Assembly (NCBI GenBank): GCA_018303825.1
Contig: JAGVXK010000020.1
Coordinates: forward strand, 1 to 64,000
DNA from: Candidatus Pacearchaeota archaeon
GTDB taxonomy: Archaea > Nanobdellota > Nanobdellia > Pacearchaeales > GW2011-AR1
Length of the DNA stretch: 64,000 bases
Direction of reading: 5' to 3'
A program made the translations under genes and the position numbers. Below are positions 8,904 through 18,287 of this stretch, piece after piece; position 1 is the stretch's first letter; each line of letters begins with the position of its first letter. The notes beneath the pieces were generated by a model, which worked only from the letters and a program-made list of their open reading frames with translations, did no database searches and was not told the origin of the DNA.

Positions 8904-9638
8904 TTATTTCTTCTTGGCTTCTTTCTTTTCTTCTTTTGCCGGTACTGTTGCTGTGGGCGTTGCTGCTGTTGCTACTGCCGGAGCGGTTCCTGCTGTAGGA
9001 GCTGCGCCTGAAGATCCTGGTGCTGCTGTTGCAAGCGCTGCTTTCGCTGCTTCTTCTGCAGCCTTGGCTTCTTCTTCTGCCTTCTTGACTTTCTCCTGCT
9101 GCGCTTTTCTAACTGTAAAGAATTTTTCCATGTCTGCTTTCTTTTCAGCAGAAGGCTCTGTAATCTCATTCTTAATTTCATTATCATACTTTCCCGCATC
9201 GATATCTTTCTCGATATCCTTTGCTTCTTTGTTATCAATTAAAATTCCAAGAGAAACGCATGTGCCAACAATTAATTTTATTCCTGCCCTAAGATCTTTT
9301 GCTAATAGTCCTGAAAGTTTTGTCTTTGCAACAGAAACAACTCTTTCAAATGAAATATTTCCAACCTTATATTTCAAAGGCTCTCCAGAACCCTTTTCAA
9401 GACCAAGTTCTTTCTTTAATAATTCCGAGACTGAAGGTGAGGAAACTTTTATAGTGTATGTTTTTGTCTTTCCATCAACATCAATTTCAACCGGAACCTT
9501 TGTTCCTTTAAAGGAAGATGTTGCTGCATTCACATCTGCAATAACTTTTCCAAGATTTATTCCTAATGGACCAATTTGCTGGGCCACAGCCGGACCAGGC
9601 TTCATATCTCCACCATCTACAATTAATTTAACTTTCAT
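8904..9638 (-). CDS. rpl11: Ribosomal protein L11 (uL11) with long Ala/Thr/Pro and Lys/Glu tail
   Basis: VDGGDMKPGPAVAQQIGPLGIN and TCVSLG motifs. Confidence 0.95.
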   Translation of the reverse strand: MKVKLIVDGGDMKPGPAVAQQIGPLGINLGKVIADVNAATSSFKGTKVPVEIDVDGKTKTYTIKVSSPSVSELLKKELGLEKGSGEPLKYKVGNISFERVVSVAKTKLSGLLAKDLRAGIKLIVGTCVSLGILIDNKEAKDIEKDIDAGKYDNEIKNEITEPSAEKKADMEKFFTVRKAQQEKVKKAEEEAKAAEEAAKAALATAAPGSSGAAPTAGTAPAVATAATPTATVPAKEEKKEAKKK

Positions 9639-10147
9639 TGAAACTCCTCGCTTAGTTCATCACCAAGGCTTTTTGAATCTTTTGCTTCTTCCTCTTTTTC
9701 TTCTTCCTTCTCTTCCCTTCTGATTACTTTTATGTTATCTATCTTGACTGTTACTGGGATAGGAACAGACGCTCCAAGCAGTGAGACAACTACCTCTCCT
9801 TTTTGCTTATCTATTCTCGTGACTTTGGCTTTTTCCCCTTTGAATGTCTGGCCAATCATTTCAACAATGTCTCCAACTTCTATTTTAATATCCTCTATCT
9901 TTGGTTCAATCATATTTTTAATTTCTTCATAAGTAACTGTCTTGCCGATAATTCCTTTTACATATGGAAGATTAAATGCTGCTTCTTCCGCTGATTCTCT
10001 TTCTGCGGCTTCTAAAATTATGTACCCCCTTAACCCGTGGGGACGTGCAATTGCGTATACGTTTAGACCTTTTTTTACAACTCTGTCCTCAATCATTTCC
10101 ATTGCTTTTTCTTCTTTATTTGTCGTTACTTTTATTATGAATAACAT
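9635..10147 (-). CDS. spt5: Transcription elongation factor Spt5 (NusG family)
   Basis: LRGYIILEA NGN domain and VGDIVEMIGQTFKGEKAKV KOW domain. Confidence 0.95.
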   Translation of the reverse strand: MLFIIKVTTNKEEKAMEMIEDRVVKKGLNVYAIARPHGLRGYIILEAAERESAEEAAFNLPYVKGIIGKTVTYEEIKNMIEPKIEDIKIEVGDIVEMIGQTFKGEKAKVTRIDKQKGEVVVSLLGASVPIPVTVKIDNIKVIRREEKEEEKEEEAKDSKSLGDELSEEFQ

Positions 10148-10300
10148 CTTTATGCTCCGCTACTTCCCTAGTATCTAAGAAGTAGATATATAAGTTGAGA
10201 AAAGATGGTTTATAAATATTTTGTTATCCTTTTTTCTGAATTTAAATCGAAATAATCTGCTATAAATATCATCAGCCAAGAAGATTTTTCATACGTTTTT

Positions 10301-10582
10301 TTAGCTTCTTCCTCGATGGCAGTATCTCTTTTCTCGTTCTTCATTATGGTCCTTTATCGTTTCGGGATTTCTTATGTCATCCCGTGCATGAATGCATTCG
10401 TGAAAGGCAGTTATTGTGAAATCTTCCTTGGAATGAATTCTATCCAGATATACTATTAATTCCAGAGATGCTGGCTCAGAATCTCCTCTTCTCTCATCGG
10501 GACTTTTGCCCATAAAAGAAAAGCTATAACCTTCTTCATAAATTCTTTGGACTTGCCTTGCTGTTAACATGCAATATTGCAA
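10301..10582 (-). CDS. Hypothetical protein with HExxH motif
   Basis: AFHECIHAR. Confidence 0.45.
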   Translation of the reverse strand: MQYCMLTARQVQRIYEEGYSFSFMGKSPDERRGDSEPASLELIVYLDRIHSKEDFTITAFHECIHARDDIRNPETIKDHNEEREKRYCHRGRS

Positions 10583-10618
10583 AAACTCTCATTTTTAATT
10601 ATTTCTATTGTAAAAAAC

Positions 10619-10930
10619 TTAATCTGTGCCTGTAGCTTTGTTAAACAAATCATCAATTGAATTGCATAAATATATCTTTGGCCTGCCAATAATTGTGCGA
10701 AAATCCAATCCTAAAGATTGAAAGAAATCTCCTGCAGGAATGGTTATTCTATGAGACTTTGTTCTTTCATCCAAATATTGTATTATAATTTTTCTGTTGG
10801 GTGGTGTTTGTCTGAGCTGTTCTGCCCTTCCTGGATAGTCACAGAATACTGTCGATGAAATATTTATTGATGGAATTAAAGCCAAGAGATTGTAATTAAT
10901 TATATGAACGAATCCTTCATACTTTTGCAT
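10619..10930 (-). CDS. Hypothetical protein
   Basis: 103-aa ORF with an upstream TATA-like element. Confidence 0.5.
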   Translation of the reverse strand: MQKYEGFVHIINYNLLALIPSINISSTVFCDYPGRAEQLRQTPPNRKIIIQYLDERTKSHRITIPAGDFFQSLGLDFRTIIGRPKIYLCNSIDDLFNKATGTD

Positions 10931-10964
10931 TAGCTGTTTGGGTAAAATTAATTATTAAATATTT

Positions 10965-11417
10965 CTATTGTACATTATCTAACTTAGATAAATATTCCTT
11001 GACTCTTTCGATTGTCTGGGGAATGAGGAATTTTTCGACTTTGATTTCGAAAAGCTCTAAAACTGGCGCGAATTCAGAAATCCTGTACTGGTTTTCCTGC
11101 TTGTCAACAAGCATTGCATCCCTTAATCTTTTTAGCTGCCTTCTTATGTTGCTTTCTGCCAGCCCTTTGCTGTCAAGAGAATTTTCCTTTCTTAATTGCT
11201 CAACTTTATCCCTTATTGTGAAAGATGAAAGCCATTGCTTGTTTTTTCTTGCTTCATCTAAAACAAGAAATATGTCCACCATAATGTCCCTGGAATCTCC
11301 TGGCTGTAGAAGGCCAAGGGAAAGGCAAACTTTCCTCATCAACTCTCTTTTTCCTGTTTCATACGGCTTCTCATACTTTCTTAGAGTAATTTCACCAAGA
11401 GGAACCTCTTTTATCAT
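10965..11417 (-). CDS. Conserved archaeal winged-helix protein
   Basis: EITLRKYEKP...SLGLLQPGDSRD N-terminus and SNIRRQLKRLRDAMLV HTH. Confidence 0.65.
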   Translation of the reverse strand: MIKEVPLGEITLRKYEKPYETGKRELMRKVCLSLGLLQPGDSRDIMVDIFLVLDEARKNKQWLSSFTIRDKVEQLRKENSLDSKGLAESNIRRQLKRLRDAMLVDKQENQYRISEFAPVLELFEIKVEKFLIPQTIERVKEYLSKLDNVQ

Positions 11418-11560
11418 CCTAATATCTAATATATTAGTAATTTAAAGATATCGATATTGTGAGCTGTAAAGTTAAAGGGAGCTAATCAATATTTCTAATT
11501 TTAGCGGGAGAACATTAACCTAAAGTTAAAGTCTCCAAAGTCTTATCTACGCTGATGTCA

Positions 11561-11576
11561 GGGGAGCACTTAACTG
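11561..11576 (+). repeat. 16-bp direct repeat GGGGAGCACTTAACTG, copy 1
   Basis: Identical to 14398-14413. Confidence 0.85.
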
Positions 11577-11665
11577 TATGTTTTTGGGAGCGTTTAACTA
11601 ATAAATAAAAGAAAAGTTTTATAAGTGGCTTTATCTTCAAGAAATGATATTAAAAAGAGGATGAA

Positions 11666-13933
11666 ATGAAAAAGAAAATTATTGCCACTGGCATTTTTCT
11701 GATGTTAATGCTTTCCCTAATTGTTTTTGTTGCTGCTCAAAATGAAAGTTCTTCCAATTCAATAGAACAGAATTCTCCACCTGATTCAGAAACAACTTCA
11801 AACTCTGTAACAAATCAAGAAGTTACATCAACTACAACTGAAAATTCTTCAAATGATATAAGCGATAATTCAAAAAATAAAACAGAATTTAATGTTGATG
11901 CTGGAATAACCCCTGATAATCCTATTTATTTTGTAAAAGATACTTATCAAAGGATTGTAGTTGGAAATGATCCTGAAAGAGCTCTAGGTTATAGGGAACA
12001 AAAAATTGCTGAAGCAAAAGCAATGGTTGAAAAAGGAAAGCCTGAAGAGGCTGAACAAGTTTTAGACAGAGCTTTGCAATATGGAAATATTGTTGAGAAA
12101 GAAGTTTCACCTGAACTTAAAGATAAAGTTAAAGAAAGTGCAGTTAAAGTTGAAGGCGCAATTAACGACATGAAAGAAAATACAAAGGGTGAACAATGGA
12201 AAGATGTTAATGAAGGTTTTGATAACAATATAGAACAGGGGGAAAAAGTTGAAATTGCTGCAGAGTTATCTGCTAAAATTGCAGAGTTATGTGAAACTCT
12301 TGCTAAACTAGACCCATTACAATATGCTGATTCTTGCAAACCTAAAGATAATTCTCCTAGGTGGATGAAAGAACAAAATAAGCAATTAACAAAGGAGCAA
12401 GAACAACAAGCCCAAGCTTTTTTTGATAAACTCTCCCAATGTTTTGAGAATCCTAAGCAGTGTGATTGTAAAGGTATGGGAATTCAAAAATTCGAGGATT
12501 TCTGTGTTCAACAAAGTGCATTAGCAGTAAAGTGCATGGATGGAGATAAAACTTCTTGTGATTCTATGAATAATGGGGCTCCTGAAGACTTATTGCCTGA
12601 TTATTTAATTCCTGTAATGAAGCAAGTTGAGAGTAAATATTCAAAATCTCAGTTTGATAACTTTGCACCTGAAGAATGTGTAAAAGCAAACGCAAAAACA
12701 CCTCAAGAATGTAATAAAATTATGTTTAAGCTTAATGCGCCTGAAGAATGTTTAGATGCAGGATTGACTGGGACATCAAGAGAAGATGAGACTAAATGCA
12801 GGGATATAATGTTTCAGCAAAATACTCCTAAAGAATGCGCTGATGCTGGAATTACTTCTCAAGATAAAAATGGTGCAAGAAAATGTGCTAAAATAATGTT
12901 TCAGTCTAGAGCACCTCAGCAATGCCTTGATGCAGGATTGACAGGAGAGGGCAGAGACGATGAGAAAAAGTGCAGAGAATTAATGCAGAGTCAGGGAGGA
13001 AATTATAAACAAATAAATAATACCTATGCTCCTCAATTTAACAGAGATTGTAATTCTATACAAGATGTTAATGAAAAAATGAAGTGTTTTGAAGAATTTT
13101 ACAATAATGCTCAATTTCAGATTAAAGACGATTTCAGGCAGAGAGAGATGACAGACCAAAATACAGGAGAAAAAATAACTCCGGAAGAAGAAGCACAGAG
13201 AAAAGTATGTATGGATAAAGGAATGGGAACTATACTGAAGTATGAGAATGGAAAAAGAGTAGTGATTTGCGTTGATAAAAATCAGCTAGGGGCCCAGGGG
13301 GGGCAGCAATGTCAAAGCCAAGATCAAATAGAAAGATTAAAACAAGATTGCAAATCAAGAGGGCAAGATGCTCAAGTTGAGACTAGGGGAGGATGCCCAT
13401 GGGTTATATGTATTGGCGGAGAGACACAAAAGCAGTCTTATCAACAACCTGGTCATGTCGCAGGAGATAAATCTGGAATCAAATGTCCTGATAATATTTG
13501 TGATGATTATGAAAAAATGAATTCTTACGCATGTCCTGAAGATTGTGGTGAAACAAGACAACCTGAAAATTATCAACAACCTCAAAATAGAATAGACCAG
13601 CCACAGCAACCAGATCAAAACCAAGAGAATTTTTGTTCTGGGCAAGCTCCAAGTTGTGCACCAAATGGTGCTCCTTATTGCCAAAATGGAAATTGGGTTT
13701 GTCCTTCAGCACCTCAACAGGAACAAGTTCCACAGCAACCTCCACAAGAACAACAACCTACTCAGCCAATAGAACAACCACAAACACCAGCTCCGATACA
13801 GACTCCTGAAATAACTCCATCACCTGCCCCTGTAACTGGAGGAGTAATAACTGGAAGAGTTATAACTAGTGAATATGGGAATGAGAATAGCAGAAGTGGA
13901 GACAGCTTTTTAGATTACTGGTTTAACAGATAA
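11666..13933 (+). CDS. Secreted Cys/Gln-rich protein with DUF5667-like domain (transposon cargo)
   Basis: Signal peptide, AGITPDNPIYFVK motif, tandem PxxCxxAGxT repeats, Q/P-rich tail. Confidence 0.75.
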   Translation: MKKKIIATGIFLMLMLSLIVFVAAQNESSSNSIEQNSPPDSETTSNSVTNQEVTSTTTENSSNDISDNSKNKTEFNVDAGITPDNPIYFVKDTYQRIVVGNDPERALGYREQKIAEAKAMVEKGKPEEAEQVLDRALQYGNIVEKEVSPELKDKVKESAVKVEGAINDMKENTKGEQWKDVNEGFDNNIEQGEKVEIAAELSAKIAELCETLAKLDPLQYADSCKPKDNSPRWMKEQNKQLTKEQEQQAQAFFDKLSQCFENPKQCDCKGMGIQKFEDFCVQQSALAVKCMDGDKTSCDSMNNGAPEDLLPDYLIPVMKQVESKYSKSQFDNFAPEECVKANAKTPQECNKIMFKLNAPEECLDAGLTGTSREDETKCRDIMFQQNTPKECADAGITSQDKNGARKCAKIMFQSRAPQQCLDAGLTGEGRDDEKKCRELMQSQGGNYKQINNTYAPQFNRDCNSIQDVNEKMKCFEEFYNNAQFQIKDDFRQREMTDQNTGEKITPEEEAQRKVCMDKGMGTILKYENGKRVVICVDKNQLGAQGGQQCQSQDQIERLKQDCKSRGQDAQVETRGGCPWVICIGGETQKQSYQQPGHVAGDKSGIKCPDNICDDYEKMNSYACPEDCGETRQPENYQQPQNRIDQPQQPDQNQENFCSGQAPSCAPNGAPYCQNGNWVCPSAPQQEQVPQQPPQEQQPTQPIEQPQTPAPIQTPEITPSPAPVTGGVITGRVITSEYGNENSRSGDSFLDYWFNR

Positions 13934-13935
13934 AA

Positions 13936-14385
13936 ATGAAAAAAAGTGTAATAAGCAAAGAACAAAAAGTAGTTTTATCCAAAACTTATGGATGGATTAT
14001 ATTAATAGGATTAGTTATTCTTGATGCTTCTCTTGATATAATTTTTGCAGAGGGAAAAGGACTTGAAAGTCCAGTGTGGAAGCCAATAGCAAATTTTCTT
14101 GGAGTTAATAATCCTCTTTTCTTAACCCCTCTTATTATGATAATATTTTATTTTGGAGTTAAAGGTGGAGCTTGGTTATCTAAAAAGGTAGATAAAATTC
14201 CAACCCAAGCAGAAGAATTAGTTTTAACTACTTTAGTTATTGTTTATGGTGTTTTTGTTTTATGGTTAATTTCAGTTTATCTCTTTAACTTTACATTGAT
14301 TAAAAACCACCTTTATTTGATTCCTATTCTGATTATAATTGGAATAGCTTATAGCTGGTGGGCTGAAAAGAAATTAAAAAAATAA
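13936..14385 (+). CDS. Multi-pass membrane protein (transposon cargo)
   Basis: About four hydrophobic helices. Confidence 0.7.
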   Translation: MKKSVISKEQKVVLSKTYGWIILIGLVILDASLDIIFAEGKGLESPVWKPIANFLGVNNPLFLTPLIMIIFYFGVKGGAWLSKKVDKIPTQAEELVLTTLVIVYGVFVLWLISVYLFNFTLIKNHLYLIPILIIIGIAYSWWAEKKLKK

Positions 14386-14397
14386 AAAATCAGGTCC

Positions 14398-14413
14398 GGG
14401 GAGCACTTAACTG
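14398..14413 (+). repeat. 16-bp direct repeat, copy 2 (internal, just downstream of the transposase)
   Basis: Identical to 11561-11576. Confidence 0.85.
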
Positions 14414-14444
14414 CCCAATTTTGCAGAGCTTAATTTGTTTGGAT

Positions 14445-15310
14445 TTATCTGCTTATACTTGCTAATCGAATTAATCCTAACCAATGATTATCCCCAAAAT
14501 TTAACTTTTGTCCTGCCCGGTTACATGGAACTTCATCTAATGTTGTATGTGCTTCTATGAAGTTATGCTGAATAACCAAAGCATTCATTAAAATTGGGGC
14601 AGACCATAAAGCTTTCAATCCTCTAAAGTCATCAACTCTATCTTTAATCTTCATAAAAACGGTTTCTATTCGGTAGTTATGTATTTTAGTAACACTTGCA
14701 TTTTGTATTTTATGCTCAATTGTTAAACCACCAATTTTATTAGAATAGAAGAGTTTTCTAAATGCTCTTGGATAGAAAACACCTCCATCAGTTTGAATAA
14801 ATCTTGGCTTTCCTTTTTGAATTGACTTAAAAAGGAATTTTTGTGCTTCTATTGGATTGCCTGACAAACTATAATGAGCCCCTGTAATTAATCGGGTATC
14901 CCAATCAATACAACACCAAAATCTATCATCTCTCCCTCCGCAATCAATTAAGGTTTCATCAGCATAAAAATTATTTCCCATGTTATACCCTAACTTATCA
15001 ACAAACTTGCTGACTTTTAATGTATATCTTCTTACCCAGTCAAGAATGCTCATATGGCTTATTTTCGTGTTTAGATGTCTGCTTAACTGATTTCTCATTT
15101 TCCTACTTGACAGATTAGAAATATACATATCGATTGACATTGTAATAATCTTTTCATTATTTCTCATTCTGTAAAAGCCATTATCGAAGACAAAACGATA
15201 ATTACAAATCTTACATCTGTATCTTTGGATTTTTCCTCTTTTTCTGTTGTTCTTAATTCATCTTTCTTAATGCTTTTCTCTTCACAATGTGGACAAACTA
15301 TCTCTTTCAT
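14445..15310 (-). pseudogene. IS6-like DDE transposase with N-terminal zinc ribbon, split by a -1 frameshift
   Basis: MKEIVCPHC in one frame, RYRCKIC...YADET...IQTDGG...RIETVF in another; frame changes at an A5 run (15239-15243). Confidence 0.75.
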
Positions 15311-15320
15311 AATATAATTA

Positions 15321-15379
15321 GGTACCTATCGTTTATATATCTTTCGGTACCTAAGTTACTATTTGCTAGTGGGTACCTA
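15321..15379. promoter_or_regulatory. Three GGTACCTA boxes between divergent transposase and AbrB promoters
   Basis: Copies at 15321, 15346 and 15372 (25-26 bp spacing), flanking TATA-like elements. Confidence 0.5.
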
Positions 15380-15412
15380 AAGATTTAAATAGAAGTTATT
15401 ATTTCTTATTTT

Positions 15413-15574
15413 ATGAAGTTACAAAAACAACTTTCTAGAAAGGTGGGAAACACTGAATATGCTAAATGGGTTATAGTTATACCTCTAGAAATAATTAAAG
15501 AACTAGAATGGAAAGAAGGACAAGATTTAGAAACAGAGGTTAAAGATAAAAAGCTAACTATTAAGAAAAATTAA
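15413..15574 (+). CDS. AbrB/MazE-family DNA-binding protein (53 aa; not in ORF track)
   Basis: MKLQKQLSRKVGNTEYAKWVIVIPLEIIKELEWKEGQDLETEV. Confidence 0.8.
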   Translation: MKLQKQLSRKVGNTEYAKWVIVIPLEIIKELEWKEGQDLETEVKDKKLTIKKN

Positions 15575-15627
15575 TTTTTTTAGTTAAAATAACTCCCGTT
15601 TACTTTACAGCTCACGATATTGTGTTA

Positions 15628-16095
15628 TTAAAATCTATGGAATGAAACTTCATTATAAGTATTGAACTTTTGCCCAGAAATCTCAAAATATTCTTGAAAA
15701 AAATGGCCAAAATCTGAAAATTCGAATTCTCCACCTTTACCATTTTGCTCAAAAACTAATCTTTTATCTCCTACCTTTCCTAGATAAATGCCTGTATGGG
15801 CAAGATAATTGTTTAAACCATTTCTTACAGCAATTATTGCATCTGCTGTTTCTTCTACTCTTGGATATCTTAAATCCAACTTTTCGTCGCATATCTCTTC
15901 TGGAGGAGCATAACGTGGAAGATTTATTTCTCCAATAAGGTAAAGAACTGTTCCATGACAATTTGGCTCGTTGTCCATCTTATCTTTAACTTTTCCTAAA
16001 TATTGATTTTCTAATAAATAAATTATTCTTTTTCCGACAAGCGATCTTTCGACTATGGTTTGTACTTTAGGGTCTGATAATGTGTTTGAATTCAT
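15628..16095 (-). CDS. Putative papain-like/NlpC-P60 fold hydrolase
   Basis: NCHG...AHTGIYLG...VFEQ Cys-His-Glu arrangement. Confidence 0.5.
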   Translation of the reverse strand: MNSNTLSDPKVQTIVERSLVGKRIIYLLENQYLGKVKDKMDNEPNCHGTVLYLIGEINLPRYAPPEEICDEKLDLRYPRVEETADAIIAVRNGLNNYLAHTGIYLGKVGDKRLVFEQNGKGGEFEFSDFGHFFQEYFEISGQKFNTYNEVSFHRF

Positions 16096-16197
16096 GCTGC
16101 CATGATAAAATAATGGTTAAAATACCTTTCTATTATCATTAATGAGATTGTCTTCCATCATAATAAAGGTTATAAACCTATTCTATTAAATAATGAA

Positions 16198-16548
16198 ATG
16201 GAACTAGTGGCTTTTCTTGGAAATGACAAAGAAAATTGGGGGCAGGTTAAAGCCCTATGCGGAAGAATGCAATGGAACAATATTGTTCTTGTGAAGAATA
16301 AAAATGCTAATGATTTTGAGATTGAAAATGCAGAAGTTGTGGAGATTGATTCTAATAAATCTTTGATTGGTATAAAAAATGACTTGATAAACAAATTAAA
16401 AACAAGATTGAAAGATTTTGAAGTTGCTCTTTCAATTGCTTCTGGAAATGGAAAAGAACACATGGCTCTTGTCTCTGCATTATTAACCCTGCCTGTTGGG
16501 GTAAGACTAGTTGTATTTACAAAAGAAGGCGTTGAGTTTATTAATTAA
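16198..16548 (+). CDS. Hypothetical small Rossmann-like protein
   Basis: Alternating beta/alpha pattern, VALSIASGNGKEHMAL. Confidence 0.55.
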   Translation: MELVAFLGNDKENWGQVKALCGRMQWNNIVLVKNKNANDFEIENAEVVEIDSNKSLIGIKNDLINKLKTRLKDFEVALSIASGNGKEHMALVSALLTLPVGVRLVVFTKEGVEFIN

Positions 16549-16601
16549 AATGTATTTTACTATATAATAAAACTTATATATTGCTTACGAATATAATGTA
16601 G

Positions 16602-16853
16602 ATGTCATATTGCGAAGGTATGGATGTAAGTATTGAAAAGATGGATAGAAGTGACATTTTGAGCCTAAGAAATGGAGAAGTGATTAAATATAGAGATCCA
16701 AGGCATGGAACACAATATTTATTTGTTGAAAGTATTGATATGGAAAGGAAAGTAGTTAGTGGAATGATTTTAGAACAACCTGTTGGAGTAAATGCTATTC
16801 CAATTCAAGATTTAGTTGAACAAGGGATTGCTATTGCGAAGTATAGAGTATGA
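16602..16853 (+). CDS. Hypothetical protein
   Basis: 83-aa ORF with upstream TATA. Confidence 0.5.
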   Translation: MSYCEGMDVSIEKMDRSDILSLRNGEVIKYRDPRHGTQYLFVESIDMERKVVSGMILEQPVGVNAIPIQDLVEQGIAIAKYRV

Positions 16854-16880
16854 AAGATAATTGTTTGTTCTATTAAAATA

Positions 16881-18263
16881 TTAAAAAATAGCCAGAGCCC
16901 ACTTTAACATTAATGCCAACACTAATAATAGCAGAACCCAAGTTGATATTTTATAGGCAATTTCTCCCGCCTTCTTGCTCTTTGTTATTCCCCATATTGT
17001 AAGAAGGAAGAACTTTCCACCATCGAATATTCCCAATGGAAGCATGTTCATCAATGCTACTGAAAGATTGATTATTATGAGCCACCATAACAAATCGTTG
17101 ATAAATATTCCGAAGTCGCCTATTCTTGACTGGTAATAAACTTCTGGATGCTTTATCTTTGATATAAATGAGTAAAAAAATCCCATTATCCCTGAAGGTT
17201 TATTCGGAATAATCCCTATGCCTAAGAAAGCTTTACCGTTTCTTTCTCCTAGTTGAATATTGTACTCTTTTGTTTTTGTTCCTGTCTTGCCGATTATCGT
17301 TGTGATTTTTATTTGATCTCCGGAGCCATAGTTATTCAATGTCTGGTTCAAATCATTATATGAATTTATTTTTACGTTATCTATCTGTGAAATAGCCCCT
17401 TTTAATTGGGCATTAAATGCTGGGGAGTTGTCATATGCCAAAAATGCACTGACTTTTCCCTCTTTCACCAATGAGACAATATCCAGAGTTATGAAATAAG
17501 TTTTATTGTTAACATTTATTTCCCCATATGTTATATTTGCAAAAGTCACGTTTGAAATTCCGGTTATCTGTGAGGCATTTATTGGAGTTATAGCATAAGT
17601 ATTAAATTGAACTCCCGCAGGAATGAATGCAAGGGAAAAGAAGGCCCACATTATCAACGCAAAGACAATAGTTACAAGAATGTTCGCAAAAGTTCCTGAG
17701 GCAAGAATTGCCATCTGTTCTTTCTTGCCTATCTTATTCATTTGCTTTTCATCAGGTTCAACAAAAAATGCAAGGAATGGACCTAGAAAACCAAATCCTG
17801 TTGAATGAACTTTTATTTTGCTTAATTTGGCAAATATTCCATGGAAAAACTCATGAGGTATTGCAACGATTGCGATTATGATTACCCAGTATGTGAAGTA
17901 AAACGGAGGAAGAAAATCCAATTTAAACAAACTTGGAATGTAAGGAAATAAGGGCAATAAGACCGGAATTTTAATTGCCTTTGCCAAATAGCTTGAACCA
18001 ATATATGTTATCGAAAACTTAACCAGAAGATAAATCATTAAAATCATTAATATAAAACCGCAGAAAATTATCAGATATTCAAGTGCTTTCAGAAGTTTAG
18101 AATATTTCTTGGAAGTATAATTGATTATCTTTATCCCTATTTTTGTCTTATATAAGTAGAGAATGCCCTGCCTTTCTAAATTCTTTTTATGCTTGTATAA
18201 AAAAAGGATAGCAATTAAAGTGAACAGGACAAACAGAGTTAAATCGATTGCTATAAAGCTCAT
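16881..18263 (-). CDS. Site-2 protease, M50 family, with PDZ-like insert
   Basis: PHEFFHG HExxH in TM context and NMLPLGIFDGG. Confidence 0.9.
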   Translation of the reverse strand: MSFIAIDLTLFVLFTLIAILFLYKHKKNLERQGILYLYKTKIGIKIINYTSKKYSKLLKALEYLIIFCGFILMILMIYLLVKFSITYIGSSYLAKAIKIPVLLPLFPYIPSLFKLDFLPPFYFTYWVIIIAIVAIPHEFFHGIFAKLSKIKVHSTGFGFLGPFLAFFVEPDEKQMNKIGKKEQMAILASGTFANILVTIVFALIMWAFFSLAFIPAGVQFNTYAITPINASQITGISNVTFANITYGEINVNNKTYFITLDIVSLVKEGKVSAFLAYDNSPAFNAQLKGAISQIDNVKINSYNDLNQTLNNYGSGDQIKITTIIGKTGTKTKEYNIQLGERNGKAFLGIGIIPNKPSGIMGFFYSFISKIKHPEVYYQSRIGDFGIFINDLLWWLIIINLSVALMNMLPLGIFDGGKFFLLTIWGITKSKKAGEIAYKISTWVLLLLVLALMLKWALAIF

Positions 18264-18287
18264 TATTTTATTTCTTTTTTATTTTAT

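Larger units (their letters stand above)
11459..15615. mobile_element. 4157-bp cargo-carrying transposon with 26-bp TIRs and 6-bp TSD (GATATT)
   Basis: GTGAGCTGTAAAGT at 11459-11472 is the exact reverse complement of 15602-15615 (23/26 over the full TIR); GATATT at 11453-11458 and 15616-15621. Confidence 0.88.

Noticed and set aside
8914-9723. Long antisense ORFs (8914..9723, 20012..20929, 54081..54611 and similar)
   Set aside because: They are shadows of well-supported opposite-strand genes, with no motifs.
16198-16548. Possible stand-alone CARF domain
   Set aside because: Only a generic Rossmann-like pattern; no diagnostic motif, effector domain or cas context.
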